A stretch of 29,822 nucleotides of DNA, from positions 1 to 29,822 of the forward strand of contig JBEGVZ010000093.1 in assembly GCA_041178085.1 (NCBI GenBank). The letters run 5' to 3'. Position numbers and translations under genes: made by a program. The stretch comes from Pseudomonadota bacterium. GTDB taxonomy: Bacteria > Bdellovibrionota_B > Oligoflexia > Oligoflexales > RGVZ01. The notes under the pieces are model-generated. The model did no database searches. It was not told where the DNA came from and saw nothing but the letters and a program-made list of their open reading frames with translations. Positions 16,396 to 24,632 of this stretch are shown in pieces. Within the stretch, counting starts at the first letter, position 1. Each line of letters starts with the position of its first letter.

Positions 16396-17322
16396 TTAGA
16401 TCTCAACGGTTCCAGTGAAGACAAGTTTCGCCGGCCCGACCAGCATCCAGCCGTCACCGGCTTGTTGCACATACAGTGTTCCGCCGGGCATCTGCACTGC
16501 AGTCCATGTGTCCCCGCCGGGCATGCCATCGTTGGCAGCAGCTGCGACCGCAACGGCGCCGCTACCACACGCCTGGGTAAGACCAGCACCCCGTTCCCAG
16601 GGAATCACTACAAAGCTTGATTCAACGTCGAACCGGGGAAGCTTGTCTGGCATGCGGTCAACCTGTTCCCCGGTATCCGGTGTCCAGGACAAGTGAACGT
16701 TGATTCCATCCCAGCCTCCAGCTTTCTGAACCGCCTCAGAAAATTTACGCCAGTTGTCGGGTGTCGTTGCCTTGCCGAATACAACCAGGTGCATGTTTCC
16801 CGCATCGACAACGAAGATTGCTTCGCTGCTTTGCAAGATCTCCGCAGATTCTCCGGCAGCAGATGCGAGCTGTTGCCATAGCGCAGATCCCTTGCCCACC
16901 GCCTCGACTTTGACCCGATCCATCTGGACGCCTGTCAGTCCCTGCGGATCAAATACTTTGCACCAGAATTTACGGCCTTCGACGTGCCATTCTATCGCTG
17001 GCGGCAAATCTGCTTTTCTTGTTCCGGCAAGTTCCATGCGGCGAAGGACGCTGCGCGTAGCGCAACGAAGTCCGTTGCCACAATTGCGCGCGAGCGAGCC
17101 ATCGGCGTTGATGATAACCAGTTCTTCAGGTGTAAGTTCGCGGGCTGTCCTTGTGACCACAACGAGGATACCATCAGCACCAACGCCATCGCCTCGACGG
17201 TTGCAAAGGGCTGGAGCCTGACGCTGAAGGCTGGGAATGATCAGGTCGCGGTCAGTGGCCGCAATCCATGCCACCATGAAGTCATTCTTGCAGCCGTGCC
17301 ATTTTTCAAATTCAAGGTGCAT
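16396..17322 (-). CDS. dapF: Diaminopimelate epimerase
   Basis: FEKWHGCKNDF, GVGADG, NADGS..NCGNGLRC, GNMH and ERGAGLTQACGSG, with both catalytic Cys present. Confidence 0.93.
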   Translation of the reverse strand: MHLEFEKWHGCKNDFMVAWIAATDRDLIIPSLQRQAPALCNRRGDGVGADGILVVVTRTARELTPEELVIINADGSLARNCGNGLRCATRSVLRRMELAGTRKADLPPAIEWHVEGRKFWCKVFDPQGLTGVQMDRVKVEAVGKGSALWQQLASAAGESAEILQSSEAIFVVDAGNMHLVVFGKATTPDNWRKFSEAVQKAGGWDGINVHLSWTPDTGEQVDRMPDKLPRFDVESSFVVIPWERGAGLTQACGSGAVAVAAAANDGMPGGDTWTAVQMPGGTLYVQQAGDGWMLVGPAKLVFTGTVEI

Positions 17323-17324
17323 GA

Positions 17325-18074
17325 TCAGTCCGGTTGATCCTCGCTTGATAACACATATCCCCGACCCCGGACGCTGCGCAGGAACTTCGGGTTGGCAGGA
17401 TCCGCTTCTATCAGCCGGCGCAACCTGACCATGAAGTTGTCAACGGTCCGCGTCTCCATGTCTTCGCTGACGCCCCAGACCCGCTTCAGGAGGTGCTGGC
17501 GCGACAGGACCTTGCCTGGATTCTTGAAAAACTCACGAAGAACATCGGCTTCCAGCCGGGTAAGTTGAGTCAAACCGGCCGGCGTCTTGATTTTTAAGGC
17601 TACCGTATCAAGCTGGAAGGGGCCCCAGACCAAAGGGGCATCATCCAGATTTTCAGTTTGTTCAAAAAAAGTGCTTCTTTGCAGTGTTCGGCGTACTTTG
17701 AGCATCAGCTCAGCAAGCCTGAATGGTTTGGTGATGTAATCATCAGCGCCGATGGCAAGGCCGCGCAGGATATCTTCTTCACCCGCCCGTGCGGTCAGGA
17801 AGATAATCCCGGCCCGCTTGTCCCTTGAGCGAATTAATTCTGCGATCTCCAGGCCGTTACGGCCTGGCAGCATGACATCCAGCAGGTAAAGGTCATGGGC
17901 GGCTCCGCCTGTCTGGATCAGCTCGAAAGCCTTTTCCCCATCCTGGGCAAGGTCCACCGCGTAGCCTTCGGACTTGAGGTTCAGCTCAAGGGTGAACGCA
18001 AGGTTCGGTTCGTCCTCCACAAGAAGGATCTTGCCCTTCACGTGAGGCGGATGGATGGGATCATTTTCTGGCAT
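17325..18074 (-). CDS. OmpR/PhoB-family response regulator
   Basis: ILLVEDE, LLDVMLP, FLTAR, GADDYITKPF and winged helix TRTVDNFMVRLRR..SVRGRGY; start set at ATG 18074 (GTG 18041 possible). Confidence 0.93.
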   Translation of the reverse strand: MPENDPIHPPHVKGKILLVEDEPNLAFTLELNLKSEGYAVDLAQDGEKAFELIQTGGAAHDLYLLDVMLPGRNGLEIAELIRSRDKRAGIIFLTARAGEEDILRGLAIGADDYITKPFRLAELMLKVRRTLQRSTFFEQTENLDDAPLVWGPFQLDTVALKIKTPAGLTQLTRLEADVLREFFKNPGKVLSRQHLLKRVWGVSEDMETRTVDNFMVRLRRLIEADPANPKFLRSVRGRGYVLSSEDQPD

Positions 18075-19059
18075 GTGCAGAAGGAAGCTCCAGAATAAAG
18101 GTGGACCCCTGGTTGACACCGGCAGACTCAGCCCGTACGCGGCCACCCATGATCCGGACCATGGAATCGACAATATAGAGGCCCAGTCCCGTTCCCGGAA
18201 TGGCTTTCTGGACGGCACGGTCTCCGCGGCGGAATATTTTGAAAAGCTTCTTCATTTCCCGGGGATCGATTCCAATGCCCTGGTCCTTGACGGAGATCAG
18301 GACCTTGTCATCAAGCCTTTTGGCAACCAATTCGATTTTTTCGCTGCCAGGGGCGTATTTAAACGCATTGAGTATCAGGTTCTCAAGGATGACCCGCAGA
18401 GTTTCCCGCGGCGCATAAACCATAACATCTTCTTCCAGTGCGCAGACAACATGCAGGGACTGGTTGCCGGCAGCGCTCGAAATCTCTGCCGCAACATCCG
18501 GTAACCACTCAGAAATATTTATTCTTTCAGGTCCTTCGCCAAAAAGGGTGATGCCGCGGTCAAGGCGCGACGCGATCAGGATCTGGTCAACCAGGCGGGT
18601 CAGGCGGGCGATATCCTGGTGAACTCCCTTCAGCAACCTTTGGCGCGCATCCGGGGTCAGTTCATTGCGCTCCAGTTTTTCGATCGTTTCAATGGCGAGC
18701 TGGATGCTTGCCAGCGGTGAGCGAACCTCGTGGGTGACGCTGGAAAGGAAGTTTCGCTGCTGCCGAATGATAGAGCTTTGACGCAAGCCAGCCAGGAACC
18801 ACACAACAGCAAGTACCAGAATGCCACCCAGCAATATGCAGCCGATGACCAGGATCAGGACTGTCGTACCGCTTTCGATGTTTGACCATTCCTTGGCCCC
18901 TAGAAGGGTTTTTAGTCGATCTTCCTGGCGCATGAACCAGACGACCCAAAGGACCATGGTGGTGACAGAGAGGGTTTGCAAGCCGACAAAAAGGGAAATC
19001 GGATTGAACAGGAACCGGAGCCCTGAGGCGGCCTTTACGGCAATGGCCCCCGTCCTCAT
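18061..19059 (-). CDS. Sensor histidine kinase with two TM helices and a very short extracytoplasmic loop
   Basis: H-box THEVRSPL, N-box NLILNAFKY, G1 DQGIG and G2 GTGLGL; ATG 19059 forms a TGATG overlap with the upstream stop. Confidence 0.92.
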   Translation of the reverse strand: MRTGAIAVKAASGLRFLFNPISLFVGLQTLSVTTMVLWVVWFMRQEDRLKTLLGAKEWSNIESGTTVLILVIGCILLGGILVLAVVWFLAGLRQSSIIRQQRNFLSSVTHEVRSPLASIQLAIETIEKLERNELTPDARQRLLKGVHQDIARLTRLVDQILIASRLDRGITLFGEGPERINISEWLPDVAAEISSAAGNQSLHVVCALEEDVMVYAPRETLRVILENLILNAFKYAPGSEKIELVAKRLDDKVLISVKDQGIGIDPREMKKLFKIFRRGDRAVQKAIPGTGLGLYIVDSMVRIMGGRVRAESAGVNQGSTFILELPSAHARK

Positions 19060-19553
19060 CAAAACCCTGCCTTGTAGGCTTCCGTGCGCCTTGCGTTTAC
19101 CTGGAAAATAGCCTCACCGTATTTGGTGGTTCCCCTGGTGATCCTCAGATGACCTTCGATCCAGACTGGTTTCCACTCTACTTTCGCTTCCGCATCTCCT
19201 GTCATTTTTACGAGCACCTGCTGGTTGGGCGGAGGTGGGGGCATGTGGATACAGGCCTGGGGATCCGGGACGAGCAGGAATTCGCGCACGGCCTGCATGT
19301 TGTCCTCAAGAGGTACCATGAATCCGGGCAAACGAACGATGCGGCCATCCAGCTTCTGCAACGACTCCGGGGCCGACTTCGAATTCATGTCGTACCGTGC
19401 AAGGGTCGGCCAATCGATCGTGGTGAGTTCACCGCTGGCTGTGTTTTGGGAGCTGGAAGAGGCACTCCGGTTGGTCCACCATGAATGGACCATCATGCCG
19501 GCAATGGGAGCCAGCAGGAATCCTGTCGCAATCATGATCTGTTTGAATTTCAT
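19059..19553 (-). CDS. DUF3299 domain protein
   Basis: LDGRIVRLPGFMVPLE...EFLLVP..ACIHMPPPPPNQ signature; N-terminal membrane anchor. Confidence 0.88.
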   Translation of the reverse strand: MKFKQIMIATGFLLAPIAGMMVHSWWTNRSASSSSQNTASGELTTIDWPTLARYDMNSKSAPESLQKLDGRIVRLPGFMVPLEDNMQAVREFLLVPDPQACIHMPPPPPNQQVLVKMTGDAEAKVEWKPVWIEGHLRITRGTTKYGEAIFQVNARRTEAYKAGF

Positions 19554-19575
19554 TTCCGGTCCCCGGATGGTTCAG

Positions 19576-20826
19576 TCATATACGTATCGTAAGGCCGTCG
19601 ACAAGTGCATTGCGGTAGGCCCGTCGGGCTGGGACAGCCGCCATCAAAAGTCCGGTCAAAAACATGATTCCAACCATCAAACTTTCAGCAAGGGATGGTG
19701 CAGTGACCGGTAAATGGATGCCAAACCGGTCCCCGATCACTCCGGATGCAGTCAGAACTGTCGCGTAAGTCAACGCCAGGCTCACCAGAACAGCTGCACC
19801 CGTGACCATGGCAGACTCCGCCAGCAGCATCGTTATGATGGTTGAGGGGTGCGCCCCCAGGGCGCGCAGTATGGCCATTTCCCGCCGCCGCTCGTTCAGC
19901 GAGTTATAAAGCGCCACGACCATGCTCAGAAGCCCGACGATGATCACCAGGACTGCAACGAGTCGCAGCACACCGTCAGCGTAGGACAGGCCCGCCCACA
20001 GTTGGGCAAGGGTGAGCCCGGGAAGAGCAGCAGTCAATGGCTCCCCCGTCCATGTCTGGATCTCGCGTTGCAGGCCCAGGGCATCGGTTCTTGCTTTGGT
20101 GCCGATGAAGAATGCGGTCAAGCCGGGCAGAGTGCTTTCCTCGCTACCATGATCAGCGTGTTCGTGGTCATCGTGTCCATGGTCGTCTTGATGGTGCAGG
20201 CTTGCCATGGCTTCAAGCTTTATGAACAAGCTCCGGTCGTAGGGGGTTCCGGAAGGAGAAAGGACTCCTGACACTCGAAAAGGTTTGTCGCTGTGGGTGA
20301 CAAAAGATTCCCGGGCCATGCCGTGTGCCAGTATCACTTCTGACCCTATCCGGTATCCCAGCTCGCGGGCCACGGTGGCGCCGATCACAACGTCTTGTGG
20401 TGATGCTGGCTTGCCACCGCTCACAAACTCAAAACCGCGGTCCTTCCGGTAGCGGTAGTGAAGGAACATATCATCGTTGGTAGCCACTACCGGAAAGCCG
20501 CGGTGGCTGTCGCCAAGCGCCACCGGGATTGTCCAGGACACAGCAGGATGTTTTTTGAAGTGTTCCCAAGTCGCCGGGGACACGCTATTGGCGGCAGTTC
20601 CTATCTGAAACACACTGTAGAGCATCAGCTGCACGGGCCCGCTGCGTGCACCTGCGATCAGATCCGTCTGGCTGATCACACCAGTAAATCCTTCCTCTGC
20701 ACCGCGGCGAAGGCGTTCCACCACCAACAAGAGCGACATGCTCAAACCAATGGCAAAAATTGTCAAAATGGTGGTCGTACGCCGGTTCAACAGGGATTTC
20801 CATGCTAGCGAGATGAGGGTTTTCAT
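19576..20826 (-). CDS. ABC transporter permease (MacB/FtsX-type) with His/Asp-rich loop
   Basis: LAWKSLLNRR, TDLIAGARSG..QLMLYSVF, PVALGDSHRG and LNERRREMAILRALGA; loop HHQDDHGHDDHEHADH. Confidence 0.92.
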   Translation of the reverse strand: MKTLISLAWKSLLNRRTTTILTIFAIGLSMSLLLVVERLRRGAEEGFTGVISQTDLIAGARSGPVQLMLYSVFQIGTAANSVSPATWEHFKKHPAVSWTIPVALGDSHRGFPVVATNDDMFLHYRYRKDRGFEFVSGGKPASPQDVVIGATVARELGYRIGSEVILAHGMARESFVTHSDKPFRVSGVLSPSGTPYDRSLFIKLEAMASLHHQDDHGHDDHEHADHGSEESTLPGLTAFFIGTKARTDALGLQREIQTWTGEPLTAALPGLTLAQLWAGLSYADGVLRLVAVLVIIVGLLSMVVALYNSLNERRREMAILRALGAHPSTIITMLLAESAMVTGAAVLVSLALTYATVLTASGVIGDRFGIHLPVTAPSLAESLMVGIMFLTGLLMAAVPARRAYRNALVDGLTIRI

Positions 20827-20838
20827 GGGCTGTATTCC

Positions 20839-21546
20839 TTAATCATCCCCGGTTGAGGCGCGGAAGGCGCGGTTGATCCCGGCAAGTTCGATGGTGCGGT
20901 CAAACCTTCGTGCGATCCCTACGTCGTGGCTGACGAAAATCACTGTGGTGCCGCATTCCCGGGTGACTTCCATGAGGACATCCAGGAACCGGTCACGGTG
21001 CAGATGGTCAAGTGCCGACGTTGGCTCGTCACAAACAAGGATTTCCGGGTTGCCAAACAGGGCCCGTGCTGCGGCGACTCTTTGTTGCTGGCCGAAGCTC
21101 AAACTGGTGACAGGCCGTTCCAGGAGAGGGCCGATTCCGAGTTTGCCCGCCAGCTGCGCAGCTTTTTCCCTGTGTGCCTGTGTGCTGCCACCAGCGCGCT
21201 CGTAGCGCTCAGGACTCAATCCAGCCGGCAAGGCGATGTTTTCAGCGACGGACAAGTAGGGCAGCAAATTGAAAGACTGGAAGACATAGCCCATGTGGGC
21301 ACCGCGGAACGCGTCCCGCTGATGGGGGCGCAGGAGGGCCAGGTCCTGGCCCAGAATCCTGACCGTCCCGGGGGAGGAAGGAAGAATCCCTGTCAGCAAG
21401 CCCAGCAAGGTGCTTTTTCCACAACCGGACGGACCGCAGACAAAAATCCGCTCACCCGCGGCGACGTCCAGTGAGCCAACGTCCAGAACCGGGGTTCCAT
21501 CCCCGTAGTCAAAACGAAGATTTTCTATTTCGATCATGTGTTTCAT
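20839..21546 (-). CDS. ABC transporter ATP-binding protein (LolD/MacB-type)
   Basis: GPSGCGKST, YVFQSFNL, LSFGQQQR, LVCDEPTSALD and VSHD. Confidence 0.95.
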   Translation of the reverse strand: MKHMIEIENLRFDYGDGTPVLDVGSLDVAAGERIFVCGPSGCGKSTLLGLLTGILPSSPGTVRILGQDLALLRPHQRDAFRGAHMGYVFQSFNLLPYLSVAENIALPAGLSPERYERAGGSTQAHREKAAQLAGKLGIGPLLERPVTSLSFGQQQRVAAARALFGNPEILVCDEPTSALDHLHRDRFLDVLMEVTRECGTTVIFVSHDVGIARRFDRTIELAGINRAFRASTGDD

Positions 21547-21567
21547 CGCCGGTCGCCCTCGACTGCC

Positions 21568-21597
21568 TTGCGTGGTGCGGGAAATGGGGTCTATTAT
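21568..21597 (+). promoter_or_regulatory. Possible sigma70 promoter TTGCGT-N18-TATTAT
   Basis: Lies in the divergent spacer, 27 bp upstream of GTG 21625. Confidence 0.4.
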
Positions 21598-21624
21598 CCA
21601 TTGTTTACCTCAAAAGGAACATCT

Positions 21625-23919
21625 GTGCCCGAGTTCTTGCCAATTTTCCGGCGTCCATCCCGTCGCGACTGGTGGGTAGCGGCTGCTGCAGGCTTTTTGG
21701 TGATCGCTGCAGCCTTGTCCTGGGACCGGCCGCAACCTGCTTCCGGGCTGGATGCGCTTCACTCCCGGATCCAGATCCTGCTGTGGGACGACACGTGGCG
21801 TGCCTTTGCCGGTCGCAATCTCCCTTCCGGGGAAGACTGGGTGGAGATTTTCTCCCAGCTTGAGAAGCGCGGCGTGCGACGCGTTGCTATCGTCGACGAG
21901 CAGGTGTTTTCACCAGTGAATGCTGCGACTCCAGGTTTTCTGAATGCTTTCCGCGGGGCCTCAGCCAAGGGCATTCTAGTGTACGCACCAGTCAGTTTTG
22001 CCGGGGAACTGCGCAGGACTTCGCACCAGTCTGTCGACCCAGACCTTTTTGGCATGCCGGTAGAGAGGTTGTTGGGCGAGGGTGGCCAAGAGGCTGGAGG
22101 CTTGGCGCGTCAAACCAGCGTCTTGGATTATCGCATGTTTGCCGACGCCGCCGGGAATTTGATGTCTGGACCGTCGCCGGGTTTTGCAGAATTTCTTGCC
22201 GGTGTTGGGCTGCTCGAAAGCGGTGACAGTCCGGGACGGTTTTTTCCCGCGATGCGGTGGCGGGAAGACAGACTTCTCACGCACATGGGGGTGGTCGTTC
22301 TTGATGAGAAGGACGGCATGGCCCTCGATCGTGGACAATTTAAATTGAGCGGGAGACCGTTGCAACTGGATGGCGGGGCATTGCTGCTGCCGGATCTTCC
22401 CGGCGATGCAACCCTTCGTGCCCGCAGTCGTTCCCTTCTTGACCTTACGGGACAGGCGGCGGCCTCAGCGCTCGATCTGGATGCTTCAACGATCGTTTTC
22501 CTGTCTGGTCCCGGTCTTGCCGGGGCGCGCTCTGCTATTGGTATTACCAATGCGGCCTTGAAAGGAGAGTTGCGATCCCCGGACAGTGCGCTGCCGTTGT
22601 CCGTGATCTTCGTCGTAATGATAATGTCCTTCGTTGCGGCCTTGATGCGCAGTCGCGCTGCATCAACCCTGGTTTGGCTGGTTGTTGTTGCCAATGTGAC
22701 GCTGATGGTTGGCGCTGGTATTTTGTGGCGATCAAGTGGGCCAGGGACCGTTCCTGTGCTACTCCTGGCCTGGACGATGCCCTGGGGTTTGGTCATGGCC
22801 GCAAACCTGCGCCGGGAGTCTGCGCTGTCCGCCGGTCTTCGACGTCAGCTTGACAATGTGCTTGCCGAGAAAATTTCCATGAGTCGCCAAGCCCGCATGC
22901 TGGTGCACGATTTGCGCAGGGTTTTGAAGGTGACGGACCCCGCGTCAAGGACCTACGTAGATGGGTTTCTCGCTGAGCTGTCTGCACTTGATCGTGAGTC
23001 GAAGCCCGTCAGGAAGGCAGTTTCCCTGGTGTCCCTCACCGGCCAGTCGATGGCGCAGATCGCTTCCCTGTGGAGCAGCAGACAAATTCGCTATGAAATC
23101 GAATTCAAGCATTCAGCTCTGGTAATCGGCGATCCCGCCGGTATCAGGCGTATCATCGACAACTTGCTTGATAATGCCAGCGCGGCATCGCCTGCTGGTG
23201 CAGTGGTCAAGGTGCGGACTGCCGATGCCCGGATCCTTGCGAAGGATTCTCATCGCCCGGCCTGTTCTCTTGTCGTCCAGAATGAATCAGCGGTGCTTGG
23301 CCAGGACAAAATAGCCCGGATGTCCAGGGCCCCCGCCCCCGGCGCAGGCGGGCGCGGACTAGGCCTTGTGATTGTCCGCAATCTGGTCGAGTCGATGGGG
23401 GGCGAATTCCGGATCACTGAGTCGACCCCGGAAGGCGGCGACCGCAATTCCAGTTTGATCTCATTTGAGGTTCTGCTGCCCTGTGATCCGCAGATGGTCG
23501 ACCCGGGGGCTGTTCAGAACATGACAGGGCCTGGCGTGCCAGGAGTCCGGTACACGCGCAAGCTGCTGATTGTCGTTGATGACAGCCCATTCATCCGCGA
23601 AGCCTGGGAGGCGCAAGCCTCGGATGTTGAAATCGTGACATTTGCCTTTCCGGAAGATTTTCTTGCGGCCTACCGGGATGGCCAGGAATTCAACCAGAGG
23701 TCGGTGATCCTGGTTTCGGACTATCACTTTGATGGTTCGGCAATGGACGGTGTTTCGCTGGCGCGGGAAGCAAGGCGTCTTGGTATCAAGGACGTGATCA
23801 TCTGCAGCGACTGGGAGCTGGGGGCGCTGGAGTTGCGCGGCACGCCTGTGAAACTTCTGAAGAAGGACAAGATTTCGGTCGCTGCGGTGCTCGAGGCGAT
23901 TCAAAACCCATCTGCTTGA
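21625..23919 (+). CDS. Membrane hybrid histidine kinase-like protein (CHASE2-like sensor, truncated DHp, degenerate HATPase, REC)
   Basis: GTG after AAAGGAA; one TM, a CHASE2-like segment (IQILLWDD...LEKRGVRRVAIVDEQVF) and three more TMs; HDLRR, DNLLDNA and GRGLGL; C-terminal VVDDS...VSDYHF..DG receiver. Confidence 0.8.
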   Translation: MPEFLPIFRRPSRRDWWVAAAAGFLVIAAALSWDRPQPASGLDALHSRIQILLWDDTWRAFAGRNLPSGEDWVEIFSQLEKRGVRRVAIVDEQVFSPVNAATPGFLNAFRGASAKGILVYAPVSFAGELRRTSHQSVDPDLFGMPVERLLGEGGQEAGGLARQTSVLDYRMFADAAGNLMSGPSPGFAEFLAGVGLLESGDSPGRFFPAMRWREDRLLTHMGVVVLDEKDGMALDRGQFKLSGRPLQLDGGALLLPDLPGDATLRARSRSLLDLTGQAAASALDLDASTIVFLSGPGLAGARSAIGITNAALKGELRSPDSALPLSVIFVVMIMSFVAALMRSRAASTLVWLVVVANVTLMVGAGILWRSSGPGTVPVLLLAWTMPWGLVMAANLRRESALSAGLRRQLDNVLAEKISMSRQARMLVHDLRRVLKVTDPASRTYVDGFLAELSALDRESKPVRKAVSLVSLTGQSMAQIASLWSSRQIRYEIEFKHSALVIGDPAGIRRIIDNLLDNASAASPAGAVVKVRTADARILAKDSHRPACSLVVQNESAVLGQDKIARMSRAPAPGAGGRGLGLVIVRNLVESMGGEFRITESTPEGGDRNSSLISFEVLLPCDPQMVDPGAVQNMTGPGVPGVRYTRKLLIVVDDSPFIREAWEAQASDVEIVTFAFPEDFLAAYRDGQEFNQRSVILVSDYHFDGSAMDGVSLAREARRLGIKDVIICSDWELGALELRGTPVKLLKKDKISVAAVLEAIQNPSA

Positions 23920-24260
23920 AGCACGTCTTCAAGGAACCCGAGTCGGGCAAAGATCGATTCCAGATCAATATCCGGGTCACGGGTAAAGACACCACACTGG
24001 AACATGCTGTCGATACCAAGGTGGGACTGGCAGTGAGTTATTTCGACCCGCACCCGCGCCTCGTCGACTTCCAGCCAAAATTGTCCACCCTGCTGCAAAA
24101 ATTCGCGGCTGATAAATCCGAGCCCCCGTTTTGACACATCCGTTGGCCGGACGTTAATCAGCCGGTCCCCGTCCATGGAGACAAGCCTTCCCGAAGCGCG
24201 GCTGGAAACACGGTAGCGCTTGAGCTCAGTGCGTTTTGATCTGATTCGCAAAACTGACAT
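23901..24260 (-). CDS. Stand-alone PilZ domain protein
   Basis: KRTELKRY and DVSKRGLGF motifs; start set at ATG 24260 because the sigma28 promoter lies inside the longer ORF call. Confidence 0.75.
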   Translation of the reverse strand: MSVLRIRSKRTELKRYRVSSRASGRLVSMDGDRLINVRPTDVSKRGLGFISREFLQQGGQFWLEVDEARVRVEITHCQSHLGIDSMFQCGVFTRDPDIDLESIFARLGFLEDVLQADGF

Positions 24261-24313
24261 TTTGTCCAGCCATTCCGATGGGTTGCTAGGCCGCTTACGC
24301 GTCCGACATCTTC

Positions 24314-24340
24314 TTATCGACAAGTTTGCAGATCTCTTTA
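24314..24340 (-). promoter_or_regulatory. Sigma28 (FliA) promoter TAAA-N15-GTCGATAA
   Basis: Minus strand reads (C)TAAAGAG-N11-GTCGATAA, matching TAAA-N15-GCCGATAA with one mismatch and exact spacing; 53 bp upstream of the PilZ ATG. Confidence 0.75.
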
Positions 24341-24384
24341 GCAAAAATTGAATTTCGGACCCTGGGAACCAGACGGTCAGAGAA

Positions 24385-24417
24385 GTCATGGTTTTGGCAG
24401 AGTGTCAGAGCGTTGAC
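24385..24417. promoter_or_regulatory. Tandem putative sigma54-activator (FleQ/FlrA-like) boxes
   Basis: GTCA-TGGTTT-TGGC (24385-24398) and GTCA-GAGCGT-TGAC (24404-24417), 19 bp apart and ~145-175 bp upstream of the -24 element. Confidence 0.55.
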
Positions 24418-24559
24418 GAGAATGCGCCATTTGATGCCGGATCTTTGGCGGAGGAAGAAGTTGCCGAAGCCAATTTTGCTCAGTGCAGCCTTTGTGTGAG
24501 AACAAAGTTATCAAGGAAAAATCTGCCGCGTTCCGGGGTACTTGCGACTGCACCTTGGC

Positions 24560-24576
24560 TTGGCACGGCCCTTGCT
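24560..24576 (+). promoter_or_regulatory. Sigma54 (-24/-12) promoter TTGGCACGGCCCTTGCT
   Basis: Perfect TGGCAC-N5-TTGCW match 56 bp upstream of ATG 24633, which heads the flagellar operon. Confidence 0.9.
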
Positions 24577-24632
24577 AAGTCTTCCCTGAACTCATCCAAA
24601 AAAGAATGCCCTGCAACCACGTGTGAGGTTCC

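Noticed and set aside
18075..18218. Longer N-terminus of the response regulator
   Set aside because: It lies within the kinase G2 region; the receiver domain begins just after ATG 18074.
21583..21602. AATGG-N10-CCATT palindrome as a Zur/Fur box upstream of the ABC genes
   Set aside because: Poor match to the Zur (GAAATGTTATA-N-TATAACATTTC) and Fur consensus, and 5-bp arms can occur by chance.
24509..24521. TATCAA as an IHF site between the enhancer and the sigma54 promoter
   Set aside because: Position is plausible, but the TTR part of WATCAA-N4-TTR is absent.
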